A DNA stretch of 61,585 nucleotides, the filler included, from Catajapyx aquilonaris (Eukaryota), in NCBI GenBank assembly GCA_000934665.2. It is 4 parts of 4 records of this genome, joined end to end, with 100 filler letters (N's around TTAATTAATTAA, not from the genome) between each part and the next. Parts side by side here need not be neighbours in the genome. Positions count along the whole stretch, not along the records: positions 15,481 to 30,793 come from JYFJ02007539.1; positions 30,894 to 46,179 come from JYFJ02007540.1; 2 more parts are not named here. One strand, 5' to 3'. Shown here piece after piece: positions 23,280 to 33,837 of the stretch. Position numbers and translations under genes: made by a program. Positions within the stretch are counted from its first letter, which is position 1; each line of letters starts with the position of its first letter. The notes beneath the pieces are model-generated. The model searched no databases and was not told the origin of the DNA. It saw nothing but the letters and a program-made list of their open reading frames with translations.

Positions 23280-23937
23280 TGTCACACTGTCCGTATGACA
23301 TTAAAGCCGGGTGACACCCAGCTTTAATTCAAGGGGAAGCGTTTGTCAAAAAATAGTGACACTAATGATATTTTATTAGAGGAAAAGCACACCCGTTGTA
23401 GCCATTTGGCAGTGTAGCAAGTAAACAAGTTGATTTAACCTGGCGCCAAGAAGGCGGAGGGACCATATTTGGTTAGAGGAGGAGTATGACTCGCGTAAGC
23501 TGATAGCCCCAGTGTCAGTTCCGTATCCACAAGGTTGGAGTCCGCTATATAAAGGCTCCACCCAACCTACTCGGGGTTCGTTCCTGAGGGAGTCATCCAG
23601 ACGGAAGGAGGGTCCCAAGGAGTTCCCAAACCTGCTCTCATTCGCCCAGCCTGGGCGGCCATCGCTGAAGAGGGAGGAGCAGACCCCCTGTGTGGAAGAC
23701 CGGCCTACCGTACCGGCTTACCAGCGGAGATGACCCGCATTGATGTCAATAAGGTTAGAACTTTACTGGGGTAGCTTAAATGATCCTGTTAGATTGGCTG
23801 ATTCCGATGACCATATTAGAAGTGAATAAACAATGAAAAAGACCCAGCTGTCCACTTATTCCAAGGTGTAACCCGGGAGATCTAAAAGAACTATACAAGA
23901 GGTCGGAGGTCAATGACCCCTGACCTTACTTGTGACA
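23280..23937 (+). mobile_element. Complete LTR (658 bp), solo-like
   Basis: Termini TGTCACA...TGTGACA (7-bp inverted), TATATAAA at 23546, AATAAA at 23825. Homologous to 15481-15942. Confidence 0.85.
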
Positions 23938-23943
23938 TATAGG

Positions 23944-24042
23944 AGAATGTAATATGGATCCTAGTTACCAAAGAGAGCCATCTGTCTCGTACATAACTAC
24001 GCAGGAGCAGACAAGGGAGGAAATTGTAGTGTGTGCTATTCC
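23944..24042 (+). pseudogene. Third fragment of the F/Env gene (cytoplasmic tail)
   Basis: Near-identical to 19351-19448 (ECNMDPSY.REPSVSY.TTQEQTREEIVV). Confidence 0.85.
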
Positions 24043-24499
24043 TGGTAATGGGGGAAACTTCCAGACTGTGAACCCGGGTGAAAATTAAGGTGACAGGCCT
24101 GCACCGATGTTTTCAGTTCGGTCTCCACAGACTGAGAGTTTGTCATGATTATCTAGATCGTAAGTGGGTAGTTAGTGCAGAATGTAAAGCAAGAAAACAG
24201 GGCGTTGTTGTAAAGAGGGAAAAGAAAGCCGCGCACAAGCAAACCATTTTGGAGAAAGTCAACTAGTTTGCCCAAGGGGCTATTGCCATTTGACATTGAC
24301 CTATGAACATCGAGATTCCCTCACTCCATATTGGGCAATGTTGTTGAAACGTTGGTAACGCTAACTAAGATGCTCACACCCAGTATTCGGAACGAACTAA
24401 GTAATATAAGGACCCCGTGTTCTCAAGAAGAGTCAGTTGCACTGGAGCCTCACACACCGTACTACCTTGAACTTTTTGGAACATATCCTCTGAACAACC

Positions 24500-24781
24500 A
24501 TGGACATGTCCTCCTCTTCAAGTAACTGGGCATTTGTGGCCCCACAGCCACCAGTCACCGAGAGGTCCGGCACCAGTGACCTAGCAACATCATCCCGTAA
24601 CTCGTCGGCGCTCAGTGAGATGAGCGAAGGGCAGCTGTCCGTCAACTGGGAGGAGGTCCGCCGGGAAGGTGAGCGCAACCTGAGAAACGCTCCCCCACCC
24701 CTGCGAGTCAAAGGTGTACGACGTGTGGACATCGTCCGTCGCTACCGTCCAGTTGTGACCCGTAATTTAAGTCTGAAATAG
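24500..24781 (+). CDS. Orphan 93-aa ORF with Ser-rich N-terminus and Arg-rich C-terminus
   Basis: Good Kozak context (aaccATGG), GC-rich compared with flanks; no recognisable family. Confidence 0.3.
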   Translation: MDMSSSSSNWAFVAPQPPVTERSGTSDLATSSRNSSALSEMSEGQLSVNWEEVRREGERNLRNAPPPLRVKGVRRVDIVRRYRPVVTRNLSLK

Positions 24782-24916
24782 TTGTTAGGGTGCCTCCATT
24801 GCCTGATAGTGATAGTTAAAAATTACTTAGCTCTGATGTGGGACGTGATCACAGTCAATATGGTACGTATACTAGCACCTACTGTTAATATATTTTAGTA
24901 GCATTATCCTCCTCAG

Positions 24917-26941
24917 AGCAAGAGGTTGATGCGGAGAGTTTCTTCGAATTGACAGATGATGACTTCGAAAAGATGGGAATCAAAGTTGGGCACAAAAAAA
25001 AGCTACAAGCTTTGATGCGTTCTATCACTGAATCGGTAAGACTTGAAATTAGGAGTCTCCATTATTATGCTAATAACTGTACAAGAGTGTAGGCCTATAA
25101 ATATAGTGCCTCTATATAAATAGTATCTTTACTAGAAAAACCCTCGCTCCGCTCGAATTTTTCTATGGCACAGCCCATCCCCCAATCATGTGTGTACTCC
25201 CACCCCACCTCTTCCTCCGTCCGTGATTCTGAACTGTTATCCACGATTCCGTACTACCTTCCGAACCGTCTGAAATCCCACCTTTGCATTGCATTGGCTG
25301 GGAAATACACTGCATGCATTTGCTCACCTCAACACGGGCCTACCTATTCCTGTTGAATTTTTAAAACCCCCAATAAATTATTGTACGAACAGAAATTCAC
25401 AACCTCTACCGCCTCTACTCGCATGCACTCATCGCACACATGTATCTAAATTATATATTGTGCACACTTTCAGACCAGGTTTTGTGACTGCTCATAATCA
25501 TCACTCCCCTTTATTATGAACATCCATGGAACTCTGCAGAAAGACGATCAAGTACTGATTTCATTATTCTTCCCGACAATTTCTTTTGATATTCTCGACC
25601 TATTCCCGGGTTCAGTGTTGAATATCGCAGCCAATCCTGCTTACAAACTCTCCCTGCGGTGTTGACTGGAGGTTGACCTTCTTTAACCCTTTGACGACTA
25701 CGGACATCATAATTATGATGTCTTGAGATTTGCCCTGACAACTTGGGACATTTTTCAACTCGTAAAATTCCGACCTCACCGATTTTCTTGAAATTCGGTG
25801 CATGGGTAGCCCACTCCAAGGGATGAACCTATAGTTACCTGCTCGAAATTGACCCACATTGGAGGGGGACATGTGGCTTATGTCGGGTTTACAGGCCCTT
25901 CGCCGAATCAATTAGGAAACAGTACCTGCGGCTTGCTGACCCTTCTTTGAATCGTTGTTTTGCTACTGGGTTTGAAGTTGGGGGAGTGACCAGGGACCCC
26001 GGAAGTAATTCCTCGAGCTGAAGCAGAAGCAGAATGCAGATGGGAGCATTGTTGTCATTGTTGCCGAATCGTATGTTGCTAGGTGATGAACAAACACAAC
26101 GATGAAAATGTGGAAATCGTGACTAATTGATTCGTCGAATGGCCTGTAAACTCGACTTCAGCCTTGACCTCTGCCCCCCTCAAAAATGGGTCACAGGGTC
26201 ATTTTGAACAGGTAACGATAGGTAATCCGGGCAGTCCGCGGATTATTATTCATTAAAAATATCACTCATCAAATTTCCGGAAAAGGTCCGTCAAAAGGTT
26301 AAAAAACTGAAATTAAATTTTGCTTTACAAACGTCCACGGAGTTGGCAGTTTGGCACCACTGCACTGATATTAAAACAACGATCGACCGTCGTCCAGTGT
26401 TCGGCTTGTTTACGGCTTCCATTTTTCCCCCTCCTCTGTTGTGAGGTCACCGTGAATAAGACGTGGGCGGGAGGAAGGTGGAAGGGTAGATGAGGGGTCT
26501 TCACGGGAGAGGAGAATGATGCGTCCTCGTTGACGTCCAGCAAGCGACTGTGGCGTTCTCCCACCCATTGCGCATGCTCGGAACGGGGGCCAATCGGAGG
26601 CGGCATGGTAACAATGAGTCATGGATACGTCGCAGCAACAATGGACGGGGGCCAATGGGAAGAGGTGGCGGCAACAATACGGGGGCGGACCAATCAGAGG
26701 GCTCGGTCAAGCAACGCAAGCATTTTAATATTATAGATTTTCATTCATATTTCATACTAGAAACAGATTTGTGCCCTTATATATAGAGCATACTGGGGCC
26801 TTACTGATTACCTATAACTGCAGAGAATAGCTTATTAAGATTCTTCTCTCAATTTTTAAAAGGCAACGAGCATTGGCATCAATGGTATCAGGATTCAACA
26901 AAATCCCTCAGAAGCACAGGGGTCAGAAGGCTTTGAAGCAG
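24917..26941 (+). pseudogene. SAM (sterile alpha motif) gene fragment, exons 24917-25035 and 26863-26941
   Basis: cctcctcag|..QEVDAESFFELTDDDFEKMGIKVGHKKKLQALM..|gtaaga matches the SAM pattern EIDGE.LL.LT..DL..LGI..GH..KL. The second exon has a clean ag/gtaagt and a matching phase 0. Confidence 0.65.
25132..26737 (-). mobile_element. Complete non-autonomous Helitron (about 1.6 kb) in the SAM intron
   Basis: On the minus strand: 5' A|TCTATAATATTAAAATGC and 3' ...CGAGCGGAGCGAGGGTTTTTCTAG|T, an A/T insertion without TSD. Its 5' part recurs three more times in the window. Confidence 0.8.
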
Positions 26942-27284
26942 GTAAGTCACTCCACTGATATTCCATCAATGTTAGATAACCGAGAGGCTTCATTATGAAG
27001 TAAGTTCAGTGCAGGAAAAATATACAGGGTTTGCAACATCCTGTATAATAATCTAAGCAATTACAATAGGGTACATAGGCATTTGTATGTGACTTTTGTC
27101 AATAAAGCAGGTATTCCACATTAGGAGCACTTTTTTTTCTGAAGGGTAGGTTTTGCAAGATTTGAAAAAATAAATAAATTGATAATGAAAAAACGACGAG
27201 ACTGATTCCAATTTTCTTTCATAATCTAAATGGGGAATAGTTGTTCTAATTATATTGCAAATTTCAGACAATTCATTTCATTTT

Positions 27285-27442
27285 TGCAACCGGTTTTTAA
27301 AGTGGCTTGTGACTTTTCGTCAATTTTTTGTGGGAATGAGGGCGGTTTTAAGTGGAAAAGCTGTGTTTTTTTGCGGATAAAGTTGAAATGACAGCGGTTT
27401 TTCAAGTTGATAAAACTGTTTTTTTTGGTCCAATTTTAAGTG
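27285..27442. mobile_element. Candidate right terminus of a CACTA/CMC-type DNA transposon
   Basis: Reverse complement reads CACTTAAAATTGGACCAAAAAAA, followed by TA. Three subterminal repeats CGGTTTT(T)(C/A)AAGT at about 27291, 27343 and 27395. No partner end in the contig. Confidence 0.35.
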
Positions 27443-28071
27443 TAAATGAGGGTTTATGTTAAATAGTCTTTTTCCACTTGCAATAAAATAAGCATGGCGA
27501 ATTCTGATTGTATGATTGTCACTCTTTTCATCGCGACTTTGATTCTCATTGTCAGCAGATGTGTTTCGGTGAGTTTGGCTGAGCATCATGGATGGCAGCC
27601 TGGGCAAACTATATATAGCTTGGTGTAAACATATCCCAACAAGGAGCCTTCAACTTTGTCCCCCTCTGCATTCCAGACCAATCAGAGAAGCAGCATTGCC
27701 ACTTTTCTGGTTACTTGGAAAAGGGTCATCACCAGCACCAATTATTGTTAGAGCTCATTTTATTTATCCAAATGGATTTTAAAATGGATTTAATTGGGCA
27801 AGTGTTAGATCAGTGACAGGTGGGAAAATCCCCCACGCTCCTGTATGCGCAATGCTTTCCTCAGGTAGGAAAAGGGCGCAGGGCCTTATGGAAATTGCCA
27901 TGCCATCGGTGTATGTGTACGTTGGCCCATAGCAACCAAACAAAACCAGAGGATGCAGCGATTGTTGTCGTCATTTCTAATCCGGAAGCCGATCAAATCG
28001 GACTGATATTAGTGGTGCTCCTCACCACCTCTTTTTTTACTAGCCGAATCTACGCATAAACTACTACAATC

Positions 28072-28732
28072 ATGGTAAGTGCAGTGTATGAACACTAGAA
28101 TACTAGTGTATGAGCACTAGAATACTAGTGTATGAGCACTAGAATTCTCATTCCTTTTTTCCCCACCCAATTTCCATCAATCCAGGCGTACGAAATGGAC
28201 ATGGCCATCAAGACCATCCAGTCCTACACTGGAGTGGAAGCCATCATAATCCACAATTCAGAAGGTGAGTTCAACCCATTGATGGAACTTCCACTTTTTT
28301 CATTTCCATGGAGATGACCTCACACAACAGAAGGAGTAAACATCGTCCACTCCTTTTGTTGGAGGAGGGCATCTCCATGGAAATGAAAGTACAGGATGTC
28401 ACATTTTGACTATACCCACTTTATTTGCCCATCACTCAGCGATCCCCATAAAGTCCACCCTTCATGATTACGAAAGGACCATCCAGTATGTGGGCTTGCT
28501 GAGCGAGGTGACCACGAAGGCAAACGCTATCCTCAAGGACCTGGACAAGAAGAACTTTCTCAAGTTCCTCCGCATCAGGACTCTCAAGAATGAGATTATC
28601 ATAGCTCCAGGTATACAGTCCAACCAGACAATGACACTACATTAGCTGCACCAACCATAGATGTATCTCACACTCTTCCTCTTCCTTCCAGAAAAGGACA
28701 TCACCGTGACTGTCATCCAGAAATCACCGTGA
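28072..28732 (+). CDS. robl: Dynein light chain roadblock-type (LC7), 4 exons: 28072-28074, 28186-28264, 28440-28610, 28692-28732
   Basis: Spliced product MAYEMDMAIKTIQSYTGVEAIIIHNSEAIPIKSTLHDYERTIQYVGLLSEVTTKANAILKDLDKKNFLKFLRIRTLKNEIIIAPEKDITVTVIQKSP*. Roadblock motifs IPIKST and FLRIR..K.EI.IAP, ATG-only first exon as in DYNLRB genes, AATAAA at about 28779. Confidence 0.92.
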
Positions 28733-29759
28733 CTGTCATCCAGAAATCATAAGACACTACAAGTCCTTGGCTGATTGCAATAAAGACTCACAGGCTAACT
28801 TATTCAGTAATTCATGATTTTTTTTTTTTGAAAAAGTGCTACCAATTTCATCAAATACACACCCATTCAAATCTCCCAACATTCACCTAAGCTCGTGTGA
28901 CCTTCCACCCCCTCAAAAAATTGCGCCTGCGGCGGGCTTCCTCCCCGCCCTTTCCGGCTTCTTCACCTTGTGCTTATGAAATGGCCCCCCCTCCGAAATT
29001 TTCTGTCTACGCGCCTGTACTGTACAGGACATCATAAAGGGCGAAAATGTTTTAATATGTCCTGTCTTTCGTACCCTTGCTGCACATGTTTCTATTTTCA
29101 AAAATGAACCCTGTGGTACCATATAAAAATATAAAATTCATATCTTTATGGGGGGGGGGGAGGACAGGAAAGNGGAAAGGTAAATACTGGACCTTGTCAT
29201 AAACTAGTTGAATACCCCTGGCCTATATTTTTTGGGGGGTAAACTTCATGCATAACTATGACATGAATTTGTGATTAAATGAGACTACACCCATTTACAT
29301 GTAAATCAAATATATTAGAGGTGTCATGGACTGGTTGATCCATGCCGAATTACTCGTGTACATGATGTACAGTTGTACATGATTTCGCGACAGCTTATTG
29401 CCCAGTTTGAAACCTTCCTTTTCCTGCAATTCATGATGTTTCGTGCCCTTTGTGCCCTTTTACGACTGCAATACCTTTAAATCTGAGAGGCTGTTCATTG
29501 CCAGTTTCAGCATGGGGCATGTATCAAAAATTACATAGACCTCATACTGTCTAGTGGGATGCAAGAAGTATAGAGGTCAGTTTGGGGACGTCACCGGTGA
29601 AATATATGTTGACACCCAGTTCCTGGACTGTACTAACATTAGAGGCACAGACATTTTAGGTTTGGACCCTGAAAAAAAATCGTGTAAAGCTGGAAATTCA
29701 GATCACGCAAGGGCAGTGTATCAAGCAGACGCTGTCCCCAATCTCGTCACCTGCTGACC

Positions 29760-30334
29760 TCAGAGGATGAAACAGTAATAGAGCAGGCTATGGGGGCAAT
29801 TGCAAACATATCGCAACAGACGCCAATTCGACACTGGATCATCAATCATCTAGATTTCATGAAACTCACAATATGGGTTCGGACCACTTTCCAGTTGCAT
29901 TGTACACTTCATTATCGCCTTTAGAAACTCCCCATTGCTACCAGCTGGGAGACACTTGCCTTAGGTTAGCACGCATTGACACACACCTGGATCACTTAGC
30001 GCCGTTGATAGACAGTTGGTCACTTTTATCTTGTGAAGAAGGGTCCTCATCCGAAGAAAGTCAATTATCTATGGATACAGGGTCCCTGTTGCTTGCAAAG
30101 TTGGTCACAGATCTGCTCATAGAGGAAGGGCTTCTTTACCCCCATAGACCTGAAAAACCCGCGCATGCCAGAAAGCGCAAAGCTCTTTGGCACGATGCGG
30201 AAGTAGCAGGAGCCAAGAAGGTAGTTTTGCAAAAACTGAGCGAATGGCGGAGATCCTCCGCGCAATCGGAGTTAGTCAGTTACAGGGAGGCAAACCGTGC
30301 ATACAAAATAGTCCGGACGTTCAGGGACGAATAA
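29760..30334 (+). mobile_element. Non-LTR retrotransposon ORF2 remnant (end of APE endonuclease plus linker)
   Basis: GSDHFPV (APE SDH motif), followed by LWHDAEVAGAKK...WRRS...YREANRAYK, a typical post-endonuclease linker. Confidence 0.65.
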
Positions 30335-30793
30335 TGGGTCAACCGTGCATTTGGTGAAAAAAGCATGAAATTTGGTACAAATGTCCCTGAGAGCATACTC
30401 TTCAAATTCAGATATGGCGCCACGCCCGTTTTCGCCCAGGAGTTGAACCAAATTAAGGAATTGAAAAAAAGTCAACCGTGCATTGGTGAAATTTGGTAAG
30501 AATGTCCCTGAGACCATACTCTTCCAATCCAGATATGGCGCCACGGCCGTTTTCGCCCAGGTGGCCCGTAATTGCGGGTTGGCTACCCTTCAGCGAGTGA
30601 AAAGTCTTTTTCTGAGTGAACTATGCTTCTCAGGAGGAAATGTGCCAAACAAAGGCTGTACAGAAACATGGGTTCTACAAAAATGTATAAGTACCCTTTC
30701 CACGTAGAGTCCTTATTTTCAGAGCTACAGCGACTTGAACCCATAGTAATGGAATAAAGGGTCAACCATGCACTTTGGTGATGAAAGGATGAA
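30335..30793. repeat. Internally repetitive TE-derived sequence
   Basis: Unit GTCAACCGTGCATT...GAAATTTGGTA...AATGTCCCTGAGA.CATACTCTTC.AAT.CAGATATGGCGCCACG occurs twice, with a third start at about 30760. Confidence 0.6.
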
Positions 30794-30893
30794 NNNNNNN
30801 NNNNNNNNNNNNNNNNNNNNNNNNNNNNNNNNNNNNNTTAATTAATTAANNNNNNNNNNNNNNNNNNNNNNNNNNNNNNNNNNNNNNNNNNNN
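30794..30893. other. Artificial contig spacer
   Basis: 44N-TTAATTAATTAA-44N. Confidence 0.95.
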
Positions 30894-33659
30894 GCTCCTG
30901 CTGTTTTCGCCCTCTAGCAGGTGAGAATCCGGAAAGCACCTTGTAGACTTTCCGGAAATATGAAGGAAACATTTCAAGCTCCATTCTCAGAGCTATTCAA
31001 ATAATCTCAAAAATGGCGAACTTTGAGATATACGTATTAAAACCAAAATTTGGCCGCCATTTTGAAAAAGAAGAGTTCCCTTCCTGCGATTTTCGATGCG
31101 ATATTATGAATGACCGTTAAAGGAGCTTTCTAAATCGTGTATCACATGTTGATTCACTTTAGGGGTTCAGAAGTTACGGGCTTCCATTCAAAGTCCTGCC
31201 AGCGTAAAATGAGTGAAAAGGGGTACCTGTAGTTTCGAAACCACGGGACACAGGGATACAAAAACTTGGGTTCTTACATAATAAATTATAACGACGACTA
31301 CTACACACCTACAAATAGGACAAGGTTTGTCGGAAAAGTGGTAGCTAGTAGTTGACGTAACTACTGTACTTCAGACAATATTAGTCATAAACAAAACGAC
31401 CCACGAACTTGGAACACCCGTATATACAGTATATACTACCTAAAACCAGTTTAATGAGTTTTCCAAAGGTGTATAACTAACTGCTACACTTGCAGATTAA
31501 ATGACAGCAAAAAGGTGTGACCACAAGATTTCCACCCCAACACGGATGTGCGCATTATTATTCTCGTGTACACGAACAATCTTCTACCGTATTATAACTG
31601 TAAGAGGTAACTGCGGCGAGATTAAGTAGTACTGTTTTTATTTCACGTTTTGAAATTCGATTGGCAGTCTCCTTGAAAAGTAGTACTTATGTCTCTCTTA
31701 AGGATTAGGCTGTGGGAAGCTCGAGTCAAGAGCTTGATGACGAAGGCATGATACCGTTTAGGTGCAAGGAGAGGAGGAAGGGGAGGTGGGTGCTTGAAGC
31801 GGATGATTACGTATATCCTCGGATATTATAGCTCTTTCAAATTCCCGCGTCTAAAGCCAACGACAAAACATGATCCATAGCAACTTTTTGTATAACAAGG
31901 ACAGCCTGTATTCATTGTCTTCTACCCACAAAGTGGTCAGAAGGTTACGGCTCTGAGCACATTCCCAAGTGCAGAACATATTGTGGAAGTCGCAGTCAAT
32001 ATGTTTAGCATTCGAAACAAGTGTGATGAAGAGTGGCGCTGCAAGTTGGCAATGCTTGCATGGGAGCATTGAAGCGTTAATTACATCGTTATCTACGTAA
32101 ACAATTACTAGATATTTGTGTCTTACGTGAACTTATCAGTACTGTTGTGTGCATTATGTTGCCACCTTCAGGGTAAAATGCCTTTTAAGCTGGTGTGGAC
32201 GTCTTTTTCAGATAATTTCCAAGGGTATAGCCTAGTTTTGCATAACACATTAGATAACTAGGATATAGACCTACCGACCTTTGCTGGCTGTAGAGGCAGT
32301 TAGCCTAATAAACACATGGAAGATATTATGCTGGTTAAGGCCAAGTGTCCATCTCATCACCTGGCGCATTCAAAAAAGATTACTCTCTTTCAGCAGTAGC
32401 ACATAAGGTATTGTAACATAGCTTCAGTGCTATGCTGGTACAGCATTTGCTACATGGGGCTTGACAGTATACAGTATTTTGTGTAGAGCAACCCTTGTAG
32501 CAATCTTAACTTTTAAGTAGTGTTCTTGGTATTTTAAAAATGCGTTTCTAGTGTGTTAGCATTCTCGAAGTAATTCAGGGTACAGTCCATTGGAGATTAC
32601 TGCAGTATGTCTTTCAAAGTTATGTATTCATTCAATCACAGAGGCCTGCATAACTAAAAACAAAAAGGATACCCCTACAAGAGTTGACAGGGAACAAAAT
32701 ACCTTGACCTCCTGCTTCATTGGCCTAATTCTCTGCTGCATGATCTCACTTCTCCTATGTAGTTTAGCAGTGTGTGCAAACAGTGGCTCTGCATAGCACA
32801 AGCACTTCACTTTCACTCACACCATCACAGGGCTATAATATGCCTGATTTAATGGCGAATTTAAAAGGTCAAACAACTAGGATTTATAATAACATACTTT
32901 CCTTGTTTAAACATACACGTTACTTTCAGTACGCTGTTAGGAAAACACTAATACACATTCCTCCACTCCTTATCTTGAAATATTCATACATCTCTTTATA
33001 CAATGACAGTGAGAACTCACAGCGTAGAAGAGTGCAGTGCCCAGCATCCAATATCACGTGCATTTTGTTATTTCTGTTCTTGCACACAAAGTAATATCAA
33101 ACTGGAAATACCTAACAGAATGCTTCATGGATTTATATTAACTGCACTTAAATACTGTCGTGAACACAAAGAATCAACCTTCATGTAGATCTCCCATGCA
33201 AGTAGGCTTCCACTGTTGCATGTAGCTCTAGTAGATAGCACTGTTTTATCCCAGGAAGTACTACACCATACCTCTCCTAATTCCCTACTATCACCCTCCT
33301 GAAGTCAACTGCTCTTGTTTCAAAAGTAATAGGTGTGATATAGTTAGTCATTTCATGCATCTATACCATTGAAGACCATTATATGAAAGTGGCATGGATG
33401 AATGACTGCTGAGCCTACATTTTGCTGCAAAGAAACTCTTACGAGCAAGGAAGTAATCTAGCCAGAAAACGTGAGACAACTCCCTCTATCATATGATTGA
33501 TTCCTCTCCTACCTTGACCTCTGCACAGTACAGTTCCTCCTGTGGATAAAACGCAGCCACATACATAGTAGTGGAGTGCACCGCCAAGGCAGTGCGTGCA
33601 CGGTGGCGGCACTCGGACAAAGTAACTCTTGTGCCTCTGTGTTTTCACTCCCTGCACAG

Positions 33660-33837
33660 CTTTCCGGGATTCAGCCGGCTGCGCATGCACACCAAGGGTG
33701 GCTCCCCAGTGGCCTTCGTGGAGTACCAGGATGTGCGTTGTGCCACCCAAGCAATGAACGTTCTGCAAGGATCCTTCCTTTTCTCCTCTGATCGAGGAGC
33801 CATCCGCATCGAGTATGCCAAGAGCAAGATGGTTGAG
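33660..33837 (+). CDS. cpo: couch potato (RBPMS family) second-RRM exon
   Basis: cctgcacag|C TTT CCG... FPGFSRLRMHTKGGSPVAFVEYQDVRCATQAMNVLQGSFLFSSDRGAIRIEYAKSKMVE|gttggt, recognised as the C-terminal RRM of insect Cpo isoforms. Confidence 0.85.

Noticed and set aside
15481..23937. A complete endogenous errantivirus (LTR-gag-pol-env-LTR)
   Set aside because: No gag, protease, RT or integrase motifs, no PBS or PPT, the LTRs are clearly diverged, and env sequence continues outside LTR2.
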